Shown here piece after piece: positions 27,987 to 35,033 of a DNA stretch of 64,000 bases. The stretch is from Dehalococcoidia bacterium (lineage in GTDB: Bacteria > Chloroflexota > Dehalococcoidia > Lucifugimonadales > UBA3495): positions 969,395 to 1,033,394 of the forward strand of contig OY843611.1 of the NCBI GenBank assembly GCA_963692995.1. The letters are read 5' to 3'. Both the position numbers and the translations under genes were made by a program. Position 1 is the first letter of the stretch. Each line of letters starts with the position of its first letter. Under the pieces are notes generated by a model. The model was not told the origin of the DNA, ran no database searches, and saw only the letters and a list, made by a program, of their open reading frames with translations.

Positions 27987-28070
27987 CTTACCGTCACAGT
28001 GACCCGGCGGGTAGTGCAACCCCAAACGGGTCGTTGCCGATTATTCCGAAAATCTGCGGTGGCGAGCGCT

Positions 28071-28841
28071 ATGCCCATTAGAGTCGGCCGGGTGCCGTAC
28101 CTGGAAGCCGAGCCCTTTTACTTCGATATGGAGCGACGCGGCATCGAGCTGCGCCAAACGACCCCCCGCCAGCTGGGCGAGGCCCTGGCCAACGGCGAGT
28201 TGGACGCCGGCCCGGCCCATCTGTCGGACGTTTTCCGCCTGGAGGATCGGTTTGAGCCGGTCAGCGGGTTTTGTTTTTCCACCTTGAGCCGGGCCATGAG
28301 CGTGTGCCTGTACTCCCAGCATCCCATTGCAGAGTTGGGCGGCGTCACTATCGGGATCTCGGACGAAGACGTCACCGCGGCGAAGCTGCTCGAAATCCTG
28401 CTGCGGGACAAGCACCACGTCGAGCCGGGCGAGTTTGTGGACCGCCCAGGGGACGTGATCCGGCCCGACGAGACCTACGACGCTTTTCTGCTCATTGGAA
28501 ACCGGGCGCTGCGACGCCGTCGGGGCGCCCGGGGTTTCGCCCACCGATTCGACCTGGGACAGGAATGGACCCAGTGGACTAACCTGCCCTTCGTGTTCAA
28601 TCAGTGGGTGATGCGAAAAGACCTGGGAGACCGAGACAAGGCGGTGCTGGAAGATACGTTGTACGTGGGGTTGGAAGAAGGGGTGGATGGTCTTTACCAT
28701 CTGAATGAGCCGCGCGACGATCTCCTGATGCTGCCGCGGGATGTGGTGGAGTACGTGCAAGGCATCCGGTATTACGTCGGTCGCTCGGAGCAGCAGGCCA
28801 TTACCCGCTTTCGGGAATTGCTGGACCAGCTGGGCACCTGA
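28071..28841 (+). CDS. mqnA: MqnA/MqnD-family menaquinone (futalosine pathway) protein, probably chorismate dehydratase MqnA
   Basis: 'IRVGRVPYLEAEPFYF', 'LANGELDAGP', 'LLIGNRAL', 'LPFVFNQWVMRKDL'. It lacks the CPND motif I associate with MqnD. Confidence 0.65.
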   Translation: MPIRVGRVPYLEAEPFYFDMERRGIELRQTTPRQLGEALANGELDAGPAHLSDVFRLEDRFEPVSGFCFSTLSRAMSVCLYSQHPIAELGGVTIGISDEDVTAAKLLEILLRDKHHVEPGEFVDRPGDVIRPDETYDAFLLIGNRALRRRRGARGFAHRFDLGQEWTQWTNLPFVFNQWVMRKDLGDRDKAVLEDTLYVGLEEGVDGLYHLNEPRDDLLMLPRDVVEYVQGIRYYVGRSEQQAITRFRELLDQLGT

Positions 28842-28874
28842 CCCCGCCTTCCGCTACGCCGGCGAACTCGTCCG

Positions 28875-29729
28875 ATGGCCAAGGTTGTAGAACGAAGCAG
28901 CGCGGCAACCGGGCAAACGGCGTTCATCTGCGACTATTCGCCACCCCGTTCCGGACTCCCGCCGGACCTGCCGGAACCTCCGGTTCAGGCCGACTTCATA
29001 TCCGCCGCCTACAATCCGGGGCGCGCCGTGCGTGTCAACTCGGTGGTCGCGGCGGCGATCCTGCGGGACCGTTATGGCGCTGAGCCGATCTTTACCTTGG
29101 CGACGCGGGACATGAACCGGCTGGCATTGGAATCGCTGCTCCTGGGAGCGCAAGCGTTGAGCCTGGACAATGTAATCGTCGTGGCCGGCGATCCCTTTGG
29201 GCCACGAGACAGGGCCGCCCCGGTCAACGATTACCGGGCCACCGAACTCATCACCGCCATCGCAAATCTGAACGCGGGAGTTGATCACCGGGAGAGACCG
29301 TTGCGGGCTTCTGCGGATTTCTGCATCGGGGCCACGGTGGATTTCGGGCGCGGGGTTGAACGGGAGGCGCATTTGGCCGCGCGCAAGGTAATAGCCGGAG
29401 CGGATTTCCTGATCACGCAGCCCGTGTACGATCCGGCGGACGTAGTTCGGTTCGCCGACGTTTTCGCGAGCATCCTCCCCGGATCCGCCGCGCCGGCGTT
29501 CTACGGCGTAGGGCTGATGGAACCGGACAGCGTGTCCTTTGCCAGCGTCCCGCAATGGGTGACCGAGGACTTGGCCACGGGACGCTCCGGCGTGGACATT
29601 GCTTTGCAGGTGTGGGACGGCCTGCGCGCTGCTGGCGCTTCGGACTGTTACCTGGTGCCGCCCATCCGGCGCAACGGGGCCAGGAATTACGTCGCCGCCG
29701 GGGAGTTTCTGGCAGCGCACGCCCCCTGA
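28875..29729 (+). CDS. Methylenetetrahydrofolate reductase (MetF/MTHFR)-family protein
   Basis: 'FICDYSPPR', 'IFTLATRDMNRLALESLLLGAQALSLDNVIVVAGDP', 'ADFLITQPVYD'. Confidence 0.7.
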   Translation: MAKVVERSSAATGQTAFICDYSPPRSGLPPDLPEPPVQADFISAAYNPGRAVRVNSVVAAAILRDRYGAEPIFTLATRDMNRLALESLLLGAQALSLDNVIVVAGDPFGPRDRAAPVNDYRATELITAIANLNAGVDHRERPLRASADFCIGATVDFGRGVEREAHLAARKVIAGADFLITQPVYDPADVVRFADVFASILPGSAAPAFYGVGLMEPDSVSFASVPQWVTEDLATGRSGVDIALQVWDGLRAAGASDCYLVPPIRRNGARNYVAAGEFLAAHAP

Positions 29730-29807
29730 ACCCGCTATAATGGCGGTCAACTGCCCCAACTGCCGTATCGCCTGCTGCGTTTGCTCCGCAGTCGGGCCGG
29801 AGGTATT

Positions 29808-30212
29808 ATGCCAATCATACAACGCCCATACGTGCCGCCGGAAGACCAGCCGCCCCAGGAAGATAGCTACGTCAATCCCGGAGATATAGCGTCGTTGAAC
29901 GTCAGCGCCGCTACCGCGCCGGCGGCGGCCGCTGCCGAGGCGCCCGGCCCGCTGGATCCCATTACCTTCTACAGCGATTCATTCCACATTTTCAGCAGCT
30001 TGTACTCCGCCGTTCTTTTCTTCGGCGAGCAGGTTGAGGAACGGGAGCCGATCCTGCGGGCGCGCATCAAGGTCAGCCCCCAAATGATGAAGGCCATCGC
30101 GGTACTCGCGGCCAAACACGTGCGGGAATACGAGGAAGCTGTGGGCCCCATCGCCCTGCCGGAGCAGGTGTACACCGCATGGGAAATTGACCCGGACGGG
30201 CCTACCCACTGA
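29808..30212 (+). CDS. DUF3467-like small protein
   Basis: ATG 29808 with GGAGG upstream. 'FYSDSFHIFSSLYSAVLFFGEQ....ARIKVSPQMMKAIAVLAAKHVREYEEAVGPI' follows the DUF3467 pattern as I remember it. Confidence 0.55.
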   Translation: MPIIQRPYVPPEDQPPQEDSYVNPGDIASLNVSAATAPAAAAAEAPGPLDPITFYSDSFHIFSSLYSAVLFFGEQVEEREPILRARIKVSPQMMKAIAVLAAKHVREYEEAVGPIALPEQVYTAWEIDPDGPTH

Positions 30213-30229
30213 CCTGCCGGAGGCACGGT

Positions 30230-30772
30230 ATGACTACTCCCGACCAAATCGGCGAACCGGCCGGGCGACGTTTCGGTTTGCGTGATCCGGACGACCCGGT
30301 AAGCGAGGAGCGCCCGCTAATCGAGGACAGCGCGCTCCCGGTTGACGTCATCCCCAACGCGAACACCGCGTTGCCCGCAGATTGGACGTGGCGGAACACC
30401 TCCACCAGCCAGCCCAATGCCGCTACCTTTCACATCAACCATAGCGACGTTACCCGGGCTTTCGGCGACGTGCTGACTGCCGCAGACAGTCCCCCGGAAG
30501 CGCCCTTTGTGGTGTCCAGGGATATTCCCATCGTCATCATCGACAGCCTCGACCAGTACTGGGCTGGCGAATCACGCAATGCCCTTCCTCTGCACGGCCT
30601 GCGCGTCCCCGTTGCCGCGGATACGGTTGCCGAGGCGAAACGCAAACTGGCCGCAGACTTGGCGGCTCAGGTCCGGCTTCTGCTTATGCTGTCCAGGGGC
30701 GGGACCACCCTGGCTCCGGAATTGCAGGCCAACTTCCTGATGCTGACCGAGGTTTTGGAGGCGCGCTCTTAG
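30230..30772 (+). CDS. Hypothetical protein (C-terminal half HicB/UPF0150-fold-like by pattern)
   Basis: 180 aa with GGAGG upstream, starting 17 nt after the previous gene. 'IVIIDSLDQYWAGES...LPLHGLRVPVAADTVAEAKRKLAADLAAQVRLLL' loosely resembles the HicB-type antitoxin fold. Confidence 0.45.
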   Translation: MTTPDQIGEPAGRRFGLRDPDDPVSEERPLIEDSALPVDVIPNANTALPADWTWRNTSTSQPNAATFHINHSDVTRAFGDVLTAADSPPEAPFVVSRDIPIVIIDSLDQYWAGESRNALPLHGLRVPVAADTVAEAKRKLAADLAAQVRLLLMLSRGGTTLAPELQANFLMLTEVLEARS

Positions 30773-31374
30773 TTGTCAGCCGGCGATGGGGCGGGTTCCA
30801 TTTCCGGCGGCAGCGTGAACGCGGCCGCCCCATCGTCGCGGTGGGAATGATTGACCAGGGCCAGCATCAACTGCTGGTGACTGCGGCGAAGTTCTGCGAC
30901 GATTTCCTGGCGCGACTGGACCATGTCCTCCCGGAGTTCCTGGCGCGACTGGACCATGTCCTCCCGGAGTTCCTGGCGCAACTGAACCATTTCAGCCTTG
31001 TATTCCTCGCGGAGTTGGGCGTTGTCTTGGCGTAACTGAACCATTTCAGCCTTGTATTCCTCGCGGAGTTGGGCGTTGTCTTGGCGCAACTGAACCATTT
31101 CAGCCTTGTATTCCTCGCGGAGTTGGGCGTTGTCCTCGCGGAGTTCCTGGCGCGACTGGACCATGTCCTCCCGGTGTTCTTGGCGCAACTGAACCATTTC
31201 AGCCTTGTATTCCTCGCGGAGTTGGGCGTTATCTGCCTTCAGCTCACTGCGGAGCTCATTGAATTCCGGGCGCGCGGGAACTCGGCCCAAGCGCCAGCCG
31301 AAAAACGCCGCGGTGCCGATGTAGGCGGTCAGCGTGGCGCCGTACAGCGCCACTAGGGCGATGACTAACTCCAT
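30769..31374 (-). CDS. Membrane-anchored coiled-coil protein with expanded tandem repeats and 'LALVNHSHRD' tail (paralogue of 4342-4713)
   Basis: From ATG 31374: 'MELVIALVALYGATLTAYIGTAAFFGW', then 18-aa (AQLREEYKAEMVQLRQDN) and 11-aa (ELREDMVQSRQ) repeat units, then 'LMLALVNHSHRDDGAAAFTLPPEMEP'. The track ORF extends to 31476. Confidence 0.6.
   Translation of the reverse strand: MELVIALVALYGATLTAYIGTAAFFGWRLGRVPARPEFNELRSELKADNAQLREEYKAEMVQLRQEHREDMVQSRQELREDNAQLREEYKAEMVQLRQDNAQLREEYKAEMVQLRQDNAQLREEYKAEMVQLRQELREDMVQSRQELREDMVQSRQEIVAELRRSHQQLMLALVNHSHRDDGAAAFTLPPEMEPAPSPADN
30906..31235. repeat. In-frame tandem repeat array: 33-bp unit x3 and 54-bp unit x4 (coding)
   Basis: 33-bp unit 'CCTGGCGCGACTGGACCATGTCCTCCCGGAGTT' at 30906, 30939 and 31146 (1 mismatch). 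54-bp unit 'TGGCGCAACTGAACCATTTCAGCCTTGTATTCCTCGCGGAGTTGGGCGTTGTCT' at 30974, 31028, 31082 and 31182, with 0-2 mismatches each. Confidence 0.9.
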
Positions 31375-31499
31375 CGGCACTGACGATGCTGTTTGAAGTG
31401 GCATCGTGAGCAACATAGCCGTTTTCGCCTCCGTCGGGTGATTATAGCAATTTGCCAAGCAGGGGCGATTGATCAATCCGCCCCTGCTTGCCGCGGCAA

Positions 31500-33806
31500 C
31501 TAATCCTCGTCAGTCTCCTGCAAAGCCTCCAGCACCGCCGTGGGCGACAGCGGGAGCTTGTTCACCCGGACGCCGGTGGCATGGTAAATCGCGTTGTGCA
31601 ACGCGGCCAGCGGCGGAATGATGGGCGCCTCGCCAACGCCGCGCAGTCCGTAGGGATGGCGTGGGTTCGGCACTTCCACCACCACGGTGTCGATCATCGG
31701 GAGGTCCAGCGCGGTAGGCATCCGGTAGTCCAGGAAGCTGGAGTTGAGCATTCGCCCGTCATCGGCGTAGGTGTAGTCCTCGGACAGCGCCCAGCCCAAG
31801 CCTTGCACGGTGCCGCCCTGCATCTGACCCTCAACGTAGCTGGGGTGCACCGAAGTACCCGAGTCGATGAACGCGGTGCAGCGGATGATATCCACCTTGC
31901 CGGTTTCCGGGTCAACCGCCACGTCGATGATGTTTCCGGCGAAAACCGGCCCGACGCCGGTGGATGTGGCAGAGGCCGACGCGGTGAGCGGCCCGCCGGT
32001 GCGCATCATGCGGTTGGCAACCTCGGCGATGCTCATGCGCTCTTCGGTGCTGGCGCAGGTGAACACGCCGTCGGCGAACTCGACGCTCTCGGCATCAACC
32101 TCCCAGATCATGGCGCAGCGCCGGGCCATTTGGTTGCGCAGGTCCTCGGCGGCGGCGATGGCGGCCAGGCCGGTGTCGAAGGCGATGCGGCTACCGCCGG
32201 TGGTGGCCGTCCATCCCACGGTGTCGGTGTCCACCACCGTGGGCGCGATCTGGTCAACGTCGATGCCCAGGGTTTCCGCCACCTGCATGGCGACGGCGGT
32301 TCGGGTGCCGCCGATGTCCACCGACCCGGTGATGAGGTTCAGGGTGCCGTTGGCGTTGACGTTGATGGTGGCTGAGGAGGCCTGGCCAGCCTGCCAACGG
32401 AAGCCGACGGCGATTCCCCGGCCCTGGTTCGGGCCGGTTAACGGCGTTTGGTTGTGGTCGCAGTTGACCATCGCCTCTTCCATCTCACGGCAGCCGAAGA
32501 TGCGGTGCGGAACGCCGTTGGGCATACGGTCGCCCTCCTGAACGGCGTTCTGGAGTCGGAGCTCTATGGGGTCTTTGCCCACTAACTCGGCCAGTTCGTC
32601 CACCACGGCTTCCACGGCAAAAGCGGCCTGAGGCTGGCCGGGCGCGCGGTACGCCTGCACCTTCTGCTTGTTGCAGACGACGTCCAGGCCGTCCACCAGC
32701 ATATGGTCCATCTTGTAAGGGCCGAAGCCGGTCAGCGCGCCGCCGCCCACCGGGGAGCCGGGATAGGCGCCGGCCTCGTACACCATGTACAACTGCCCGG
32801 CTACCATGGTGCCGTCGTTCTTGACGCCCATCTTGCAGCGCATGAAGGTGGCCGAGGTGGGGCCGCTGCCCACGAAGACTTCGTGGCGGTCCATGGCGAC
32901 CTTCACCGGCTTGCCCGTCTTGCGGGACAGCACGGCGGCCACCGGATCCAGGTAGGCGATGGCCTTGGCGCCGAAGCCGCCGCCGATCTCCATGGGGATT
33001 ACCTTCACCTGGGATTCAGGAATGCCCAGAATGGCGGCGGTTTGGGCGCGGATGTTGAACAGCCCCTGGGTGCTGGTCCACACGGTAACCCGGCCGTCGG
33101 CGGACCACATCGCGGTGGACACGTGGGGTTCAATGTAGCCTTGGTGAACGGTTTGGGTCTCAAACTCGCGCTCGATGACAATGTCGGCCTCGGCGAAGCC
33201 CTGTTCCACGTCGCCCACCTTGTGCTGGATGTGTCCGGCGACGTTGCTCTTGACTCCCGTGTCATCACCCCTGGAGAAACGCTCGACGCGGAAGTAGGTG
33301 GTCATGTCGTCGTGAAGCAGCGTGGCCGTATTTCCGTCAGAGTCCAGGGCCATGGCATCGCGCCAGGTCAGGACGGTGGGCAGCGCTTCGTAGTCCACTT
33401 CCACCAGTTTCAGCGCTTCCTCAGCGATGTGGACGCTGGTGGCGCACACGGCGGCCACGGCGTGGCCCACGTACAGGGCCTTGTCCTTGGCCAGCATATT
33501 TTCGGCGATCATGCGCGCGTTGCCCTGCACTTCGGCGAAATCGAGCATGCGATCTTCGATGATGGGAAAGTCGGCGGACGTGGACACGGCTACCACGCCG
33601 GGCATTGCCTCGGCTTTACTGGTGTCGATGCTGCGGATTCGGGCGTGGGAATGCGGGCTGCGCAGCACTTTGGCGTAAAGCATCCCCGGCAAGTTGATGT
33701 CCGCGCCGTATCGCGCCGCGCCGGTAACCTTGTCCACGCCGTCGTGGCGGATCGGGCGCGTGCCGATAACGCGATATTGTTGTGCGGGCTGGGCGGTAGT
33801 AGTCAT
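31500..33806 (-). CDS. Xanthine dehydrogenase/aldehyde oxidase/CO-dehydrogenase-family molybdopterin-binding large subunit
   Basis: 768 aa. 'VIGTRPIRHDGVDKVTGAARYGADINLPGMLYAKVLRSPHSHARIRSID', 'GGGFG', 'YRAPG', 'GLGWAL.E'. GGAGG upstream. Confidence 0.9.
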   Translation of the reverse strand: MTTTAQPAQQYRVIGTRPIRHDGVDKVTGAARYGADINLPGMLYAKVLRSPHSHARIRSIDTSKAEAMPGVVAVSTSADFPIIEDRMLDFAEVQGNARMIAENMLAKDKALYVGHAVAAVCATSVHIAEEALKLVEVDYEALPTVLTWRDAMALDSDGNTATLLHDDMTTYFRVERFSRGDDTGVKSNVAGHIQHKVGDVEQGFAEADIVIEREFETQTVHQGYIEPHVSTAMWSADGRVTVWTSTQGLFNIRAQTAAILGIPESQVKVIPMEIGGGFGAKAIAYLDPVAAVLSRKTGKPVKVAMDRHEVFVGSGPTSATFMRCKMGVKNDGTMVAGQLYMVYEAGAYPGSPVGGGALTGFGPYKMDHMLVDGLDVVCNKQKVQAYRAPGQPQAAFAVEAVVDELAELVGKDPIELRLQNAVQEGDRMPNGVPHRIFGCREMEEAMVNCDHNQTPLTGPNQGRGIAVGFRWQAGQASSATINVNANGTLNLITGSVDIGGTRTAVAMQVAETLGIDVDQIAPTVVDTDTVGWTATTGGSRIAFDTGLAAIAAAEDLRNQMARRCAMIWEVDAESVEFADGVFTCASTEERMSIAEVANRMMRTGGPLTASASATSTGVGPVFAGNIIDVAVDPETGKVDIIRCTAFIDSGTSVHPSYVEGQMQGGTVQGLGWALSEDYTYADDGRMLNSSFLDYRMPTALDLPMIDTVVVEVPNPRHPYGLRGVGEAPIIPPLAALHNAIYHATGVRVNKLPLSPTAVLEALQETDED

Positions 33807-33818
33807 ACGGTTCCTCCG

Positions 33819-33858
33819 GGTGATCTCCGCGTCATTCAGGTGATCTCCGCGTCATTCA
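33819..33858. repeat. Perfect 20-bp tandem direct repeat x2 immediately upstream of the molybdoenzyme RBS
   Basis: 'GGTGATCTCCGCGTCATTCA' at 33819-33838 and 33839-33858. The RBS (complement of CCTCC) is at 33813-33817 and the ATG at 33806. Confidence 0.85.
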
Positions 33859-33870
33859 GTGGGTTATTTG

Positions 33871-33898
33871 CGTCATTCCGGCTTTCGCGGGAATGACG
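33871..33898. repeat. GTCATTCC-family palindromic repeat
   Basis: 'CGTCATTCC ggctttcgcg GGAATGACG' has a 9-bp stem. It lies between the Nudix stop (33900) and the molybdoenzyme start (33806). Confidence 0.55.
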
Positions 33899-33899
33899 G

Positions 33900-34667
33900 C
33901 TAGGGGGCCACGAAGCCGGGCAGAAAGTATTCCCGCGTCGGGTCGTGGGGCATCCCTGGCATGTCAGCGGGAACGATGCCGTCGCTTTCCAGGGCGGAGC
34001 GGACGATGCCCTTGTTGAAGGGGCTGATGTCGTCGTCGGTCATAAAATCATGGACTGGCATCCAGAGACATTCCTCGATTTCCTGCTCGCTCATCTTGAT
34101 TTGTTCGGTGCGGGCGCGGAGGCGACAGACGAAGTAGATGTCGGATTTGCCGTAGCGGTAGCCGTGCCAGTGGCGGAAGCACGTCAGAGCTTCAAACTCG
34201 GCCTCGACGCCGGTTTCTTCCAGCACCTCGCGGACGATGGAGTCAACGATGTTTTCCCCCGGTTCCAACGCGCCCCCGGGCAGCTTGTAAAAGGGTGGGC
34301 GGTTGTCGATGCGGTAGCGCTCGCACACCACCAGCAGTTCTGCCCGATTGTTGAGCACAACGCCGCCGGCGCCAATGTAATGCGTGGCATAGGGCGGAAT
34401 GAACGAGCCGGGGATCAGGCTGAGGGTGGCGGTCACACCGCCTTCGTCGGCGTGGTGATATACAAAACCGCGCTCCGTCGCGATGGGTACATGGGACGCC
34501 AATCCTAGGGGAATGTCCACCCAAGCGACTTCGTAGCCCTTTTCGCGCCATTCCGCTATCGAAGCGTCCAGCCGCGCGGCAAATTCGTGAGTGTCAGCGG
34601 GTAATTCGGCGGAATTGACCACCACTCCGCGGAATGGATTTGGCGTGGCCGCCAAGGGAGAGACCAA
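33900..34667 (-). CDS. Nudix hydrolase (NUDT6-like, with N-terminal pre-Nudix domain)
   Basis: Nudix box 'GGALEPGENIVDSIVREVLEETGV'. I start it at the in-frame TTG 34667, which has AGGAGG 6 nt upstream. The track ORF runs to 34796 through Arg/Cys-rich sequence that does not look coding. Confidence 0.8.
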   Translation of the reverse strand: MVSPLAATPNPFRGVVVNSAELPADTHEFAARLDASIAEWREKGYEVAWVDIPLGLASHVPIATERGFVYHHADEGGVTATLSLIPGSFIPPYATHYIGAGGVVLNNRAELLVVCERYRIDNRPPFYKLPGGALEPGENIVDSIVREVLEETGVEAEFEALTCFRHWHGYRYGKSDIYFVCRLRARTEQIKMSEQEIEECLWMPVHDFMTDDDISPFNKGIVRSALESDGIVPADMPGMPHDPTREYFLPGFVAP

Positions 34668-34806
34668 GACGCACCTCCTGGGTGGGACGCGCAGTATCCA
34701 GTCGGCGAAACAGCCGGCCAAAAGGTCCCGACCATGACGGCGGCAGTATAGCACAGCGCCAAGCCGTCGCCGTCGCCACCCACTTCGCTGATACAAATAG
34801 TATGTA

Positions 34807-34835
34807 TTGACAATGGTGATTTTGTTCTCTAAAAT
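34807..34835 (+). promoter_or_regulatory. Predicted sigma-70-type promoter for SBP paralogue 1
   Basis: TTGACA (34807-34812), 17-nt spacer, TAAAAT (34830-34835), with an A/T-rich upstream flank. This implies a ~190-nt leader before ATG 35034. Confidence 0.55.
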
Positions 34836-35033
34836 CTCCGCACGTTCGGCTCAACGATTTCAGTTGATAATCTCTATCTATTAGCTGTATTCAACTGAAA
34901 AAGCGGATTAGATGGTAGGTTTATGTGAATATTATCGGTTATCTGGTGTAGTTCCCTTTTTGCCGTTAACTGGCTGATAGTCGGACTGAAAAACGAGCGT
35001 CGCTGGCCGCCCCGCTGCCAGGAGGAGCAAATC

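Noticed and set aside
28854-29822. 322-aa minus-strand ORF (and 28041-28760 minus)
   Set aside because: Antisense to the MTHFR-family and MqnA genes respectively. Featureless Arg/Gly-rich products.
30906-31235. Regularly spaced direct repeats that could be mistaken for a CRISPR array
   Set aside because: The units are contiguous (no spacers), have lengths that are multiples of three, and sit inside an open reading frame encoding a heptad-like coiled-coil. No cas genes are nearby.
31488-33896. Two long plus-strand ORFs (31488-32375, 32703-33896) plus 31867-32541
   Set aside because: All are antisense to the 768-aa molybdopterin hydroxylase gene, which is confidently recognised. The products are Gly/His/Val/Ala-rich with no motifs.
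34859-34899. 9-bp hairpin read as a terminator for the Nudix gene or an upstream unit
   Set aside because: It lies upstream (not downstream) of the minus-strand Nudix gene start and downstream of the predicted plus-strand promoter, and it has no U-run on either strand. I treat it as part of the SBP1 leader instead.
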